Shown here: in pieces, positions 1-9,452 of the stretch
Layout of the letters: every line of letters starts with the position of its first letter
How positions within the stretch are numbered: the stretch's first letter is position 1
Source: Sandaracinaceae bacterium
GTDB lineage: Bacteria; Myxococcota_A; Polyangia; Polyangiales; JADJQN01
Assembly: GCA_947483975.1 (NCBI GenBank)
Contig: CANKOL010000003.1
Location: 1 to 43,630, forward strand
DNA length: 43,630 nucleotides
Reading direction: 5' to 3'
Notes under the pieces: model-generated
Database searches by the model: none
Told to the model about the DNA's origin: nothing
Seen by the model: the letters and a program-made list of their open reading frames with translations, nothing else
Program-made: the position numbers and the translations under genes

Positions 1-723
1 CGTGCCCGCCGCGCACACCGCAAAACGCCCCGCGCGCTCCTCGCGGAGTTGCACCTCCTCGCCGAGCCACAGCACAGGCGACGCGCCGACGCTCGTCGCG
101 CGCTCGCGGATCGCCGCGCACGCCTCGGGGTCCCGCGCGCCGACGACGAGCGGCACGCCGCGCTTGGCGATGCCCGCTTTTTCCCCCGCGATCTGCGCGA
201 TCGTGTGCCCGAGATACGCCTCGTGATCGCGCGCGATCCGCGTGATCGCGCACGCGAGCGGCGCGTCGATCACGTTGGTCGCGTCGAGCCTCCCGCCGAG
301 CCCGACCTCGAGCACGGCCACGTCCACGCGCGCGTCGCGAAAGCTCTCGAGCGCGAGCAGCGTCGCGACCTCGAAGAACGTCAGCTGCGGCGCCTCGGGC
401 GCCTCGAGCAGCGCCCGCAGCTCGGTCGCGCGGCGGGCGAGGGCGCGCTCGCCGAGCGGCGCCCCATCGACGCGCACCCGCTCGACGAAGCGATGGAGGT
501 GCGGCGAGGTGTAGAGCCCGACGCGCAGCCCCGCGGCGCGCAGCGAGCCCGCGATCATCGCCGACACGCTGCCTTTGCCGTTGGTCCCGGCGACGTGCAC
601 GACGCGCAGCCCGCGCTCGGGGTGGCCGCGCAGGGCGAGCGCCGCGCGGAGCCGGTCGAGCTCGAGGCGAATGCCGCGCGGCTCGAGCCCATAGAGCCAG
701 CGGACTGCGCTGAGATAGTCCAT
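1..723 (-). CDS. folC: Folylpolyglutamate synthase/dihydrofolate synthase (5' part; runs off the window's left edge)
   Basis: Not in the ORF track because it has no stop in the window. Manual translation from ATG at 723 gives MDYLSAVRWLYGLEPRGIRLELDR...VHVAGTNGKGSVSAMI...GLYTSPHLHRFVERVR, which contains the FolC P-loop GTNGKGS and the YTSPHL motif. Confidence 0.95.
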   Translation of the reverse strand, partial: MDYLSAVRWLYGLEPRGIRLELDRLRAALALRGHPERGLRVVHVAGTNGKGSVSAMIAGSLRAAGLRVGLYTSPHLHRFVERVRVDGAPLGERALARRATELRALLEAPEAPQLTFFEVATLLALESFRDARVDVAVLEVGLGGRLDATNVIDAPLACAITRIARDHEAYLGHTIAQIAGEKAGIAKRGVPLVVGARDPEACAAIRERATSVGASPVLWLGEEVQLREERAGRFAVCAAGT

Positions 724-843
724 CGAGGCGCGTGATGTGGAGACGTTGGGCCAGCGCCGCAAGGTGACGAGCGTGGTCACGCGGCGCCGCGGGGCGTCTG
801 CGTCCCGCGTGAACGCCCGGCGCGGATTGGCTACGCTGTCGAC

Positions 844-1725
844 GTGCTCCCCGAGATCTCGCGCCTCGACACGCCGCGCGGCCACTTCGTCGCGCACGGC
901 TTCGGTGACCCATCGGCGCCGCTCGTGCTCGCGCTGCACGGCTTTCCCGACACGCCCGCGAGCTGGGCGCCCCTCGCGGCGCTCCTCGTGGACGCGGGCT
1001 ACCGCGTCGTCGCGCCGTTTTTGCGCGGCTACTCGCCCTCGACGCTCGCCGGGCCCTTCGACGTCGAGTCGCTCGCCGAAGACGCGCGCGCGCTCGCCGA
1101 CGCGCTCTCTCCCGACGCGCCCATCGTGCTGCTCGGGCATGACTGGGGCGCCGCGGTCGCGTACGTCGCGGCGGCGCGCTTCCCCGAGCGAATCCGCTGC
1201 GCGATCACGCTCGCCGTGCCGCACCCGCTGAGTTTCTTGCGGGCGCTCGCGCGCTCTCCCGCGCAGCTCCGCCGCAGCTGGTACATGGCGCTCTTTCAGG
1301 TCCCGTTCCTCGCTGAGCGCCTGCTCGCGCGCGACGACTTCGTGCTCATCGAGCGGCTTTGGCGCGACTGGTCGCCCGGCCATCACGCGAGCCCGGCGGA
1401 GCTACGCGAGCTCAAGCGCTGCCTGCGCGCGAGCTTGCCTGGGCCGCTCGAGTACTACCGCTCCATGGCGTGGCCGCCCCGCGCGGCGCTCGCGCGCATC
1501 CGCCTCGGCGCGACTCCCGAGCGGCGCGTGAAGATTCCGCTGCTCTATCTCGCTGGCGCGGACGACGGCTGCATCGGTCCCGACGTCGGGCGCGGGCAAG
1601 AGGCGCACTTCGACGGGCCGTTTCGCAGCGAGGTCCTCCCCGGCGTCGGGCATTTTCTGCAGCTCGAGCGCCCTGATCTCGTCGCGCGCGCCATCCTGCC
1701 GTGGCTCGCCTCGATCGCGAGCTGA
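844..1725 (+). CDS. Alpha/beta fold hydrolase, epoxide hydrolase-like
   Basis: HGFPD oxyanion motif, GHDWGA nucleophile elbow (Asp), SWYMALFQ cap, C-terminal GHFLQLE catalytic His. Confidence 0.9.
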   Translation: MLPEISRLDTPRGHFVAHGFGDPSAPLVLALHGFPDTPASWAPLAALLVDAGYRVVAPFLRGYSPSTLAGPFDVESLAEDARALADALSPDAPIVLLGHDWGAAVAYVAAARFPERIRCAITLAVPHPLSFLRALARSPAQLRRSWYMALFQVPFLAERLLARDDFVLIERLWRDWSPGHHASPAELRELKRCLRASLPGPLEYYRSMAWPPRAALARIRLGATPERRVKIPLLYLAGADDGCIGPDVGRGQEAHFDGPFRSEVLPGVGHFLQLERPDLVARAILPWLASIAS

Positions 1726-1738
1726 GCCCTCCTTTGAC

Positions 1739-2392
1739 TTGCCTCAGCGCTTGCCGCAGCGTCGGCGGGTGCTGCGAGAGTCGCCCGGAGAGCCCGCGGA
1801 GATCATCGTCGTCTCGGGGCTGCCGCGCTCGGGCACCTCGCTGATGATGCGGCTGCTGCAGGCGGGCGGAGTCGACCTCGTCACCGACGGCGTCCGCGCG
1901 CCCGACGTCGACAACCCCGGCGGCTATTTCGAGCTCGAGCGGGTGAGGTCCCTCGCGCGCGACAGCGCTTGGCTCGGCGCCGCGCAGGGCAAGGCGATCA
2001 AGGTGATCTCCGCGCTCTTACGGCACCTCCCTGCCGACCACCGCTACCGCGTGCTCCTACTTCGCAGGGACCTCGACGAGGTGCTCGCCTCACAAGCGCA
2101 GATGCTCGAGCGCCGCGGCGTACCGCGCGACCCTGCCGAGGACGTCACGCTCCGCGCCGACTTCGCCGCGCACCTCGCCGCGACGCAGCGCTGGCTGCAC
2201 GGCTCGGAGGCGTTCGAGGTGCACGAGGTGAGCTACGCGGGGCTGATCGACTCGCCGGCGGCGGAGCTCGAGCGGGTCGCGTCCTTCCTTCGTCGTGACC
2301 TCGACCTCAGCGCGATGCGCGCCTGCGTCGACCCGGCGCTCTACCGCGCGAGGGCCGCGGGGCGCTCCGTTTCTCCCGATCCTTCATGCTAA
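1739..2392 (+). CDS. Sulfotransferase family (P-loop) protein
   Basis: VVSGLPRSGTSLMM PAPS-binding-like motif, DNPGGYFE, RRDLDEVLASQ. Start codon uncertain. Confidence 0.8.
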   Translation: MPQRLPQRRRVLRESPGEPAEIIVVSGLPRSGTSLMMRLLQAGGVDLVTDGVRAPDVDNPGGYFELERVRSLARDSAWLGAAQGKAIKVISALLRHLPADHRYRVLLLRRDLDEVLASQAQMLERRGVPRDPAEDVTLRADFAAHLAATQRWLHGSEAFEVHEVSYAGLIDSPAAELERVASFLRRDLDLSAMRACVDPALYRARAAGRSVSPDPSC

Positions 2393-2402
2393 TCTGCGTC
2401 TC

Positions 2403-3560
2403 GTGATCGCCCTGCGCTGCGCGAACTGTGGAGCCCCGCTCGAGGTCGCGGACCACGAATCGCTCGTGCAGTGCAGATATTGTCAGGCGACCACGCGCGT
2501 CCGTGACCGGACGCTCCACCTCGCCGTGCCCGTCGCGCCTCCAACGGCCGTGCCGCAGTGGGTGCCGCCGCCCGCGCCTGCGCCCTGGCCATCCGCCGTG
2601 CAGCGCCGACCCGTGGCGCGGCGAGCCCCGCGCGTCGGGCCGATGGTCGCCGCCGTGATCGGCTTCGGAGGCGTCGCCGCCGCGGCGATCAGCGTCCTGC
2701 AACACAGCCCGGGCGGCGTCTTCAGCGCGCTCGCGGCGATGGCACCCGCGCCCGTGATGAGCGCGTGCCTCGTCGACGCGAACGGCGACGCGGCCCTCGA
2801 CGTCGCCACGCTGCGCTCGAGCGGCGACACCTACTTCCCGGAGCTCTTCGACGGCAGCACCGGCGTGTCTCGCTGGCGCGGAGAGGCCGTGCCGAGCGGC
2901 ACCAAGTTCTACTGCGTGGGCCATCACCTCGTGCTCGGCCTCCCCGACTTCACCACGCACATTCACGACGCGCGCTCGCCGGTCACGCCGCTCGTCGTGC
3001 GCGGCGGAGATGTCACACAGGCGGTGCGGCAGGGCACCGGCTGCCTCGACCTAGAAGCCGCAGATCACTCGCACCTCGCCGTCGCGGTCGACGGCTCCAA
3101 CGCGACGCAGTGCCAGCCGGACGCCAACACCGTCAGCGCGGACGGCGAGGCCACCGGCATCATGGGCCTCACGAGCGACGAAGTGGCGCTACCGGATGGC
3201 GACCAGGTGCTCGAGCTTCGCGCGCGGCAGCAGGGCACCGAGATGCTCAGCCTTCGCGTCGGCGCGCACGCTCAGGAGCACCCGACCTCGCTGCAGAAGT
3301 GCACCTTCAGCGCCGCCCTCGCCGTCAGCCCGACCACCATCTTCGTACAGGGCTGCCCCGTCGGCTCCGAGAAGGCGAGCCTGGTCCTCGCGCTCGGCCG
3401 AGAGGGGCTCGGGGAGCTGTGGCGTGCGCCCATCGCGAGCGGCACGGAGTGGGACGTCGACATGTTCCGCTGGAACGGGCGCGCGCTCCTCGTGCGCGCG
3501 TCAGCGACCGTCTACGCGCTCGACGCGGGCACCGGCGCGACGCTCTGGCGGATCAACTAG
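2403..3560 (+). CDS. Hypothetical membrane-anchored protein: N-terminal zinc ribbon, Pro-rich linker, TM helix, PQQ-like beta-propeller-type C-terminus
   Basis: CANCGAPL...CRYC Zn ribbon, hydrophobic stretch MVAAVIGFGGVAAAAISVL, DANGDAALDV loop, C-terminal VYALDAGTGATLWR PQQ-like repeat. Start set at GTG 2403. Confidence 0.65.
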   Translation: MIALRCANCGAPLEVADHESLVQCRYCQATTRVRDRTLHLAVPVAPPTAVPQWVPPPAPAPWPSAVQRRPVARRAPRVGPMVAAVIGFGGVAAAAISVLQHSPGGVFSALAAMAPAPVMSACLVDANGDAALDVATLRSSGDTYFPELFDGSTGVSRWRGEAVPSGTKFYCVGHHLVLGLPDFTTHIHDARSPVTPLVVRGGDVTQAVRQGTGCLDLEAADHSHLAVAVDGSNATQCQPDANTVSADGEATGIMGLTSDEVALPDGDQVLELRARQQGTEMLSLRVGAHAQEHPTSLQKCTFSAALAVSPTTIFVQGCPVGSEKASLVLALGREGLGELWRAPIASGTEWDVDMFRWNGRALLVRASATVYALDAGTGATLWRIN

Positions 3561-3566
3561 CGGCGC

Positions 3567-4406
3567 TCAGTCCGTCAGGTGCGCGAGCACGCGCGCGATC
3601 GTGGCGCGCATGCTCTGTCGGTCGGCGATGATGTCGATCATCCCGTGCTCGAGCAGGAATTCTGCGCGCTGAAAGCCCTCCGGCAGCTTCTCGCGGATCG
3701 TCTGCTCGATGACGCGCGCGCCCGCGAAGCCGATCAGCGCGCGAGGCTCCGCGATGTTCACGTCGCCGAGCAGCGCGAAGCTCGCCGCGACGCCGCCGGT
3801 CGTCGGATCGAGCAGCACGCTGATGAACGGCGCGCCCGCGTCGCGCAGTCGCCCGAGCGCGGCGACCGTCTTCGCCATCTGCATCAGCGAGAGCACGCCC
3901 TCTTGCATACGCGCGCCGCCCGACGACGAGAGCAGCACCACCGGCTGCCGCTGCGCCGCGCCGCGCTCGAGCATGCGGGTGATCTTCTCGCCGACGACCG
4001 AGCCCATGCTGCCGCCCATGAAGCGGAAGAGGAACGTGCCGATCTGCAGCGGCTTGCCCTGCATCGTCGCGGAGCCCGTCAGGAAGGCGTCGGTGACGCC
4101 CGCCTTCTTCTGCGAGGCCTTGATGCGGTCGCGGTAGCGCTTGCCGTCCTTGAAGTCGAGCGGGTCCCCGGACGTGAGGTTCGCGTCGTGCTCCGTGAAG
4201 CTGCCCGGGTCGGTCAGCAGGTCGATCCACCCCTCACCGCTCAGGTGATAGTGGTGCCCGCACTTCGGACAGACCTCGAGGTTGCTCGTGAACTCCTCGG
4301 CGAGGAGCGTCACCCCGCACGCATCGCAGCGCCGGAACACGCCCGCGCCGATCGTGCGCTTCTGCGAGGCGTCGATCGCCGCCCGCGTCTTTTCGAACCA
4401 GCCCAT
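3567..4406 (-). CDS. accD: Acetyl-CoA carboxylase carboxyltransferase beta subunit
   Basis: MGWFEK start, CDAC...CPKC zinc finger, FMGGSMGSVVGEKI, SGGARMQEG, PTTGGVAASFA, FQRAEFLLEHG. Confidence 0.97.
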   Translation of the reverse strand: MGWFEKTRAAIDASQKRTIGAGVFRRCDACGVTLLAEEFTSNLEVCPKCGHHYHLSGEGWIDLLTDPGSFTEHDANLTSGDPLDFKDGKRYRDRIKASQKKAGVTDAFLTGSATMQGKPLQIGTFLFRFMGGSMGSVVGEKITRMLERGAAQRQPVVLLSSSGGARMQEGVLSLMQMAKTVAALGRLRDAGAPFISVLLDPTTGGVAASFALLGDVNIAEPRALIGFAGARVIEQTIREKLPEGFQRAEFLLEHGMIDIIADRQSMRATIARVLAHLTD

Positions 4407-4486
4407 GGCGCATCCGGGTAGCACGTCCTGAGGCCGGCAGGAAGGGTCTCTCCCGGTCGCGCGCCCAGGCTGCTACTGTCGCGGGG

Positions 4487-5782
4487 ATGTCTTCTCGTGT
4501 CGCGCTCGGCGCTCTCGCGTACTTTGCCCTCGCCCTGCTGACCGGCGGCTGCGCGAAGACCGAGTGCAACTTCAACTCGCAGTGCGGGCGCCGGCACTAC
4601 TGTTTTGCGTCGTCCTGCCGGCAGGACTGCGCCGAGGACCTCGACTGCACGGGCGGCCGCGTCTGCTCGGCGATCGGCCGCTGCGAAGAGCCGATCGACG
4701 GCGCCGTGCCGATGGACGATCTCGGCCCGCGCACCGACCTCGGTCGTGTCGACCTCGGCTCGACGGACCTCGGCCCGACGCCCGCGGACCTCGGCCCGAA
4801 CGACCTCGGCCCGCTGCCCGTCGACCTCGGCCCGACGCCCACGGACCTCGGCGGCCCGCTCCGCGCTTACCTCGCTGACTGCACCGCCGACGCGCAGTGC
4901 GAGTCGGCCCGCTGCGTCGCGGATGTCAGCGCCGGCGCGCGCGTCTGCAGCAAGGCGTGCACCGACGACACGCAGTGCGCGGACTGGCACTTCTGCGTGC
5001 AGTCGACGCCGGGCGCGGCGGGCTTCTGCTCGTGGGACGACACCGGCCGCACCTGCACCAACGCGACCTCCGGCAACTGCGCGTTCGCGTGCCTGAGCCC
5101 CGACGCGACGAGCCCCGGGCACTGCACGCACCTGTGTCGCACCGCCACCGACTGCGCGGGCGGCTACGGTTGCGTGTACTCGGCCGCAGGCGACGTGACC
5201 TCCCCGAAGGTCTGCGCCTGGACCAACCGCAACTGCCCCACCGCCGCGACGGAGTGCCCGACCTCGCTCGGCGTCTGTGGCGGCGCGGGGACGTGGTGCA
5301 CCGGGCAGTGCGCCTCGGCGGCCGACTGCCCGCGCGTGCTCGGCGCGGCCCAGACGTGCGCGGACCCCGATGGGCTCGGCTTCACGTACTGCGTGCCCTC
5401 GACGACGAACGGCGAGTATCCGCTCGGCACACCGTGCACCGGCGACAGCAACTGCCGCTCTGGAATCTGCGCGGTGCCCGAGGCGGGCTTCCCCGCGGTC
5501 TGCCTCGAGCGCTGCACGCCGACCTCGGGCTGCCCCGCGGGCTTCGGCTGCAACGCCGCGATCCTCACGGGCACGGGCATGGCCGGGAACATCTGCGTGC
5601 CCGCGGGCCTCGGCCGCAGCGGCACCGCCTGCACGCTCGGCCGACAGTGTCGCTCGGGCGCTTGCTCGACGCGCACCGGCGTGTGCATCGACTCCTGCCA
5701 GAACGGCTTCTGCCCGCCCGGCACGGTGTGCACGCCCGAGGGGCTGACGGTCGAAGGCTTCTCGCTCTCGAGCTGCCGTTGA
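4487..5782 (+). CDS. Cysteine-rich repeat lipoprotein (myxobacterial type)
   Basis: Signal peptide with LTGGC lipobox. 49 Cys counted: the lipobox Cys, an 8-Cys block, a DLGP-repeat linker, then five 8-Cys modules. Confidence 0.8.
   Translation: MSSRVALGALAYFALALLTGGCAKTECNFNSQCGRRHYCFASSCRQDCAEDLDCTGGRVCSAIGRCEEPIDGAVPMDDLGPRTDLGRVDLGSTDLGPTPADLGPNDLGPLPVDLGPTPTDLGGPLRAYLADCTADAQCESARCVADVSAGARVCSKACTDDTQCADWHFCVQSTPGAAGFCSWDDTGRTCTNATSGNCAFACLSPDATSPGHCTHLCRTATDCAGGYGCVYSAAGDVTSPKVCAWTNRNCPTAATECPTSLGVCGGAGTWCTGQCASAADCPRVLGAAQTCADPDGLGFTYCVPSTTNGEYPLGTPCTGDSNCRSGICAVPEAGFPAVCLERCTPTSGCPAGFGCNAAILTGTGMAGNICVPAGLGRSGTACTLGRQCRSGACSTRTGVCIDSCQNGFCPPGTVCTPEGLTVEGFSLSSCR
4718..4857 (+). repeat. 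Intragenic imperfect tandem repeat encoding 8 DLG(P) units
   Basis: Recurring GACCTCGGC(CCG); peptide DLGPRTDLGRVDLGSTDLGPTPADLGPNDLGPLPVDLGPTPTDLGGP. Confidence 0.85.
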
Positions 5783-5817
5783 CGTGCGCCGCCGAGAAAC
5801 GCGCGTACCTCCACGAC

Positions 5818-6081
5818 ATGAAGCGCGCCCCCTTCTTCTCCGCGTTGGTGCTCGCGCTCGCCGTCGTCGCGGCGCCGTCCCTGTCGGCGTGCGGCGCCGC
5901 GAACGTCACCAGCGACCCCGACCGTAACCTCTCGCCCTCGGACCGTTCGCACCCGCCGGAGCGCAGCTCTGCCGACGAGACCGACGGCCCGACCGCGCCG
6001 CGCGGCAGCGCTCAGCGCCCGATCGGCGAGGGCGCCGGCTACGACGAGCACGACGAGCACGACGACGGCAGCGACAAATAG
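5818..6081 (+). CDS. Small secreted lipoprotein, acidic/disordered
   Basis: MKRAPFFSALVLALAVVAAPSLSAC lipobox, followed by a low-complexity acidic tail (DEHDEHDD). Confidence 0.6.
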   Translation: MKRAPFFSALVLALAVVAAPSLSACGAANVTSDPDRNLSPSDRSHPPERSSADETDGPTAPRGSAQRPIGEGAGYDEHDEHDDGSDK

Positions 6082-6090
6082 CCCGTCGAC

Positions 6091-6858
6091 TCAGCGCGCG
6101 GCGATGACCGCGAGGTGCCTTCCCGAGCGCGCGCCATCGCGGCGATACGAGTAGAAGCGCTCGCCGTCGCAGCGCGTGCAGCCGCCGACGCCGTCGCGCT
6201 GCGCAGCCTTGACCCCGCGCGCCTCGAGCTGCGCGCTCACGATCGCCGCGAGGTCGACGTGCGGCTTCATCGCGCCGCCGCCGGGCACGGTAGGCTCGGT
6301 CCCACGCCCGACCGCACGGAGCGCCGTCGCGACCTCGTCGCCGACCTCGAAGCAGCACGCGCGAATGTGTGGCCCGATCGCCGCGCGCACGTCCGCTGCG
6401 CGCGTTCCCGCAGCGAACATCGCGTCGAGCGCCCGGTCCACGATCTCCGCCGCGACGCTGCGCCAGCCGCAGTGCACGGCCGCGACGGTGCCCGCGCGCA
6501 CGTCCGCGAGCAGCAGCGGCAAGCAGTCCGCGACGCGCACGCCGATGACGGCGCCTCGCACGCTCGCGACGAGCGCGTCCGCTTCTTCCACGCGCACTCG
6601 CTCGGGTTCGTCGCTCGCCGCGACGACCCGCACGCGCGCGCCATGCACCTGCGACACCTCGAACAGCGCGCCCTCCGCGTAGCCGACGTCCCGCGCGAGC
6701 CGCGCGTGATTCTCTGCAACGTTCACCCAATCGTCACCGACGCCGCGCGCGAGGTTCAGCGAGTCGAACGGCGCAGCGCTCCGCCCCCCCGTGCGCAGCG
6801 AGAATCCGTGAACGAAACCAGCGTTTTCCAGCAGCCCTGACCGAAGCGAGAGGTCCAC
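6091..6858 (-). CDS. pgeF: Peptidoglycan editing factor PgeF / YfiH family (purine nucleoside phosphorylase/laccase-domain)
   Basis: HGFSLRTGG, SLNL, QVHG, EADAL, VADCLPLL, HCGWR, IGPHI..CCFEVG, CTRC...FYSYRR. Start set at GTG 6858; the longer ORF extension is antisense to the pit gene. Confidence 0.92.
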   Translation of the reverse strand: MDLSLRSGLLENAGFVHGFSLRTGGRSAAPFDSLNLARGVGDDWVNVAENHARLARDVGYAEGALFEVSQVHGARVRVVAASDEPERVRVEEADALVASVRGAVIGVRVADCLPLLLADVRAGTVAAVHCGWRSVAAEIVDRALDAMFAAGTRAADVRAAIGPHIRACCFEVGDEVATALRAVGRGTEPTVPGGGAMKPHVDLAAIVSAQLEARGVKAAQRDGVGGCTRCDGERFYSYRRDGARSGRHLAVIAAR

Positions 6859-6999
6859 GCGCCGAGCCTGCCACGCCGCGCCCCCGCCGCGAAACCCCTT
6901 CCCACTTCGCCCTAGCGGTGGCCGCGCTGCGTGTCTATCCTCGCGCCGCGTGTCACTCCGCCGACACGTGTCGTTCACCGGGCGGCACAAGCGCACACG

Positions 7000-8469
7000 A
7001 TGTTCGAAGCCCTCTTCGTCGACTCGCTCACGCCGCTGACCACCGCCTTGCTCGCGGTCGCGCTGCTCATCGCGTGCGGCTTCGAGTTCGTCAACGGCTT
7101 CCACGACACCGCGAACGCCGTGGCGACGGTCATCTACACGAACGCCCTCAAGCCCTGGCGCGCGGTGGTGCTCTCCGGCGTCTTCAACTTCATCGGCGTG
7201 CTCGCCGGCGGCATCAGCGTGGCGATGGGCATCATCAAGCTCCTGCCGACGGAGCTGATGGTCTCGCAGGGCTCCGGCGGCGCTCTCGCGATGGTGCTCG
7301 CGCTCCTCGCAGGCGCGATCCTCTGGAACCTCGGCACCTGGTACCTCGGCTTGCCGGCGTCGTCCTCGCACACGCTGATCGGCGCGATCATCGGCGTCGG
7401 CCTCGCCAACTCGCTCACCGCCGGTCACGCCTTCGGCGAGGGCGTCAATTGGTCGAAGGCGGCCGACATCGGCACGGCGCTCCTCCTCTCGCCGCTCTTC
7501 GGGTTCACCGTCGCGGCGCTGCTCTTCTTGCTGCTCAAACAATTCGTGCGCGATCAGCGCCTCTTCGAGCCGCCGCCCGGCCTGACCGCGCCGCCGCTCT
7601 GGATTCGCTCGCTGCTGATCGCGACGTGCAGCGGCGTCTCGTTCGCGCACGGTCAGAACGACGGCCAGAAGGGCGTCGGCCTGATCATGCTGATCTTGAT
7701 CGGCCTCGCGCCCGGCGGCTTCGCGCTCGATCTCCAAGCCGACGCCTCGAGGCTGCACTCGGCGCGCATCGCGGCCGTGGAGATCGAGGAGCTGCTCGTG
7801 CACGCCGAGGTGCTGCCTGCGGGCGCCGACGCCGCGCGCCTCGAGGCAGCGGTCGATCCAACCTCGCAGCGTGCCGAGGAGCCCCGCACCGCCGCGCTCG
7901 TCGCGCTGCACCGCATCGAGCGCCTGCTCGAGGGGCGCGACCGGGTGCGCGAGATCCGCCGCGCCGACCGCTTCCACGTGCGGCAGTCGATCCTGCTCCT
8001 CGACGACGCCATCAAGGAGCTCGGCAAAGCCGACGCGCTCTCGCACCTGACGAAGTCCCAGAAGAAGGCCCTCGACGCGCACCGCGACGAGATCAAGGGC
8101 CTGACCGACTACGCCCCGACGTGGGTCCTCTTCGCGGTCGCGCTCTCCCTCGGCGTCGGCACGATGGTCGGCTGGAAGCGCATCGTGCTCACGATCGGCG
8201 AGAAGATCGGCAAGTCGCACATGACCTACGCGCAGGGCGCCGCCGCCGAGCTCGTCGCCGCGAGCACGATCATCGTCTCGGGACAGCTCGGCCTCCCGGT
8301 GAGCACCACGCACGTCCTCTCCTCGGGCATCGCCGGCACGATGGTCGCGCAGCGTTCGGGCCTGCAGAAGTCCACGATCCGCAACATCCTGCTCGCCTGG
8401 GTCTTGACCCTCCCGGCGTCGATGCTCCTGTCGGGCGGCCTATTCCTGCTTTTCCGCCTGTTCGTCTAG
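7000..8469 (+). CDS. Inorganic phosphate transporter, PiT family
   Basis: NGFHDTANAVAT, GLPASSSHTLIG, HGQNDGQKG, GLPVSTTH PiT signatures. Confidence 0.95.
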   Translation: MFEALFVDSLTPLTTALLAVALLIACGFEFVNGFHDTANAVATVIYTNALKPWRAVVLSGVFNFIGVLAGGISVAMGIIKLLPTELMVSQGSGGALAMVLALLAGAILWNLGTWYLGLPASSSHTLIGAIIGVGLANSLTAGHAFGEGVNWSKAADIGTALLLSPLFGFTVAALLFLLLKQFVRDQRLFEPPPGLTAPPLWIRSLLIATCSGVSFAHGQNDGQKGVGLIMLILIGLAPGGFALDLQADASRLHSARIAAVEIEELLVHAEVLPAGADAARLEAAVDPTSQRAEEPRTAALVALHRIERLLEGRDRVREIRRADRFHVRQSILLLDDAIKELGKADALSHLTKSQKKALDAHRDEIKGLTDYAPTWVLFAVALSLGVGTMVGWKRIVLTIGEKIGKSHMTYAQGAAAELVAASTIIVSGQLGLPVSTTHVLSSGIAGTMVAQRSGLQKSTIRNILLAWVLTLPASMLLSGGLFLLFRLFV

Positions 8470-8540
8470 GTGCCCGTGGCTCGCCGCAACGCCGCGCCCG
8501 CGTTGCCCGCGGCCCGCGCGCGTCGTACAAGGCGCCCTCG

Positions 8541-8966
8541 ATGGCACACAACTTCCCCTCTGCGGACTGGACTGCGGCGTACAAGGACGCCGTCAACGGC
8601 AACGCCGCCTACCGCGAGGCAGGCAAGACCTGGCTCCACGGCGCGGTCGCCTTCGTCGTCGAGGCCGACCCCTCGCTCGGGCTCGAGAAGGACTCCGCGC
8701 TGATCCTCGACGTGCACGGCGGCGAGTGCCGCGCGACGCACTGGGTCGAGCGCGCCGTCGCCGAGGCCGACGCGCCCTTCGTCATCGTCGGCAAGTACGC
8801 GCGATGGAAGGACGTCATCACCGGCAAGGAAGACCCGATCAAGTCGATGATGCAGAACAAGCTGCGCCTCGTGAAGGGTCATCTCCCGACGATCATCCGC
8901 TACGTCGAGTCGTCCCGGCAGCTCGTGAAGAGCGCGGCGGACGTCGACAGCCACTGGCTCGCCTGA
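8541..8966 (+). CDS. SCP2 sterol/lipid-binding domain protein
   Basis: FPSADW...VN...YREAGKTW, LDVHGGEC, DPIKSMMQNKLRL-KG pattern of bacterial SCP2 proteins. Confidence 0.8.
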   Translation: MAHNFPSADWTAAYKDAVNGNAAYREAGKTWLHGAVAFVVEADPSLGLEKDSALILDVHGGECRATHWVERAVAEADAPFVIVGKYARWKDVITGKEDPIKSMMQNKLRLVKGHLPTIIRYVESSRQLVKSAADVDSHWLA

Positions 8967-9394
8967 TGCCCGTCGTCATCGAGCTCGCGCCCGGCGCCAG
9001 CGAGAACGGGCTCGTCACGATGCTCGCGGACCTGCTCCGGCAGAACCTCGATGATCACCCGCACAAGCGCGCCGACTTCGAGAAGCTCGACGGGCGCGTC
9101 GCGATCGTCGCCGAGGACGCCGGCGTCGCGCTCACGCTCGAGTTCCAGCGCGGCAAGCTCGTGCTGCACTCGGGCATCGTCGGCATCCCCGACGTCACCG
9201 TGCGCGCGCCGAGCGACGACGTGATGGCGATGTCCCTCGTCGAGCTGACGCCCAAGCGCGCGCTCCCCGATCCGCGCGGCGAGACGATGAAGAAAGTCTG
9301 GGCGGGCATGCGCTCCGGGCGCATCCAGGTGTACGGCGCGCTGTTCCACGCGCCGCTGATGTTTCGGCTCACGCGCGTGATGAGCGTGAACTGA
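8966..9394 (+). CDS. SCP2-like domain protein
   Basis: TGATG overlap with the upstream gene; LTLEFQRGKL...PDVTVRA...GRIQVYG resembles the SCP2 fold pattern. Confidence 0.65.
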   Translation: MPVVIELAPGASENGLVTMLADLLRQNLDDHPHKRADFEKLDGRVAIVAEDAGVALTLEFQRGKLVLHSGIVGIPDVTVRAPSDDVMAMSLVELTPKRALPDPRGETMKKVWAGMRSGRIQVYGALFHAPLMFRLTRVMSVN

Positions 9395-9406
9395 GCGCGA
9401 ACATCC

Positions 9407-9434
9407 TTGACGTGGCGGGCGCGTTTGCTACAAA
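9407..9434 (+). promoter_or_regulatory. Putative sigma70 promoter for the tRNA gene
   Basis: TTGACG-N16-TACAAA, with TG two bases upstream of the -10 (extended -10-like), about 18 nt before the tRNA. Confidence 0.5.
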
Positions 9435-9452
9435 CGGCCGCCTGTTGGCTCT

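Noticed and set aside
4487-5782. Multiheme cytochrome or RiPP precursor
   Set aside because: Cys-rich but no CxxCH; its size and lipobox fit a disulfide-rich surface protein.
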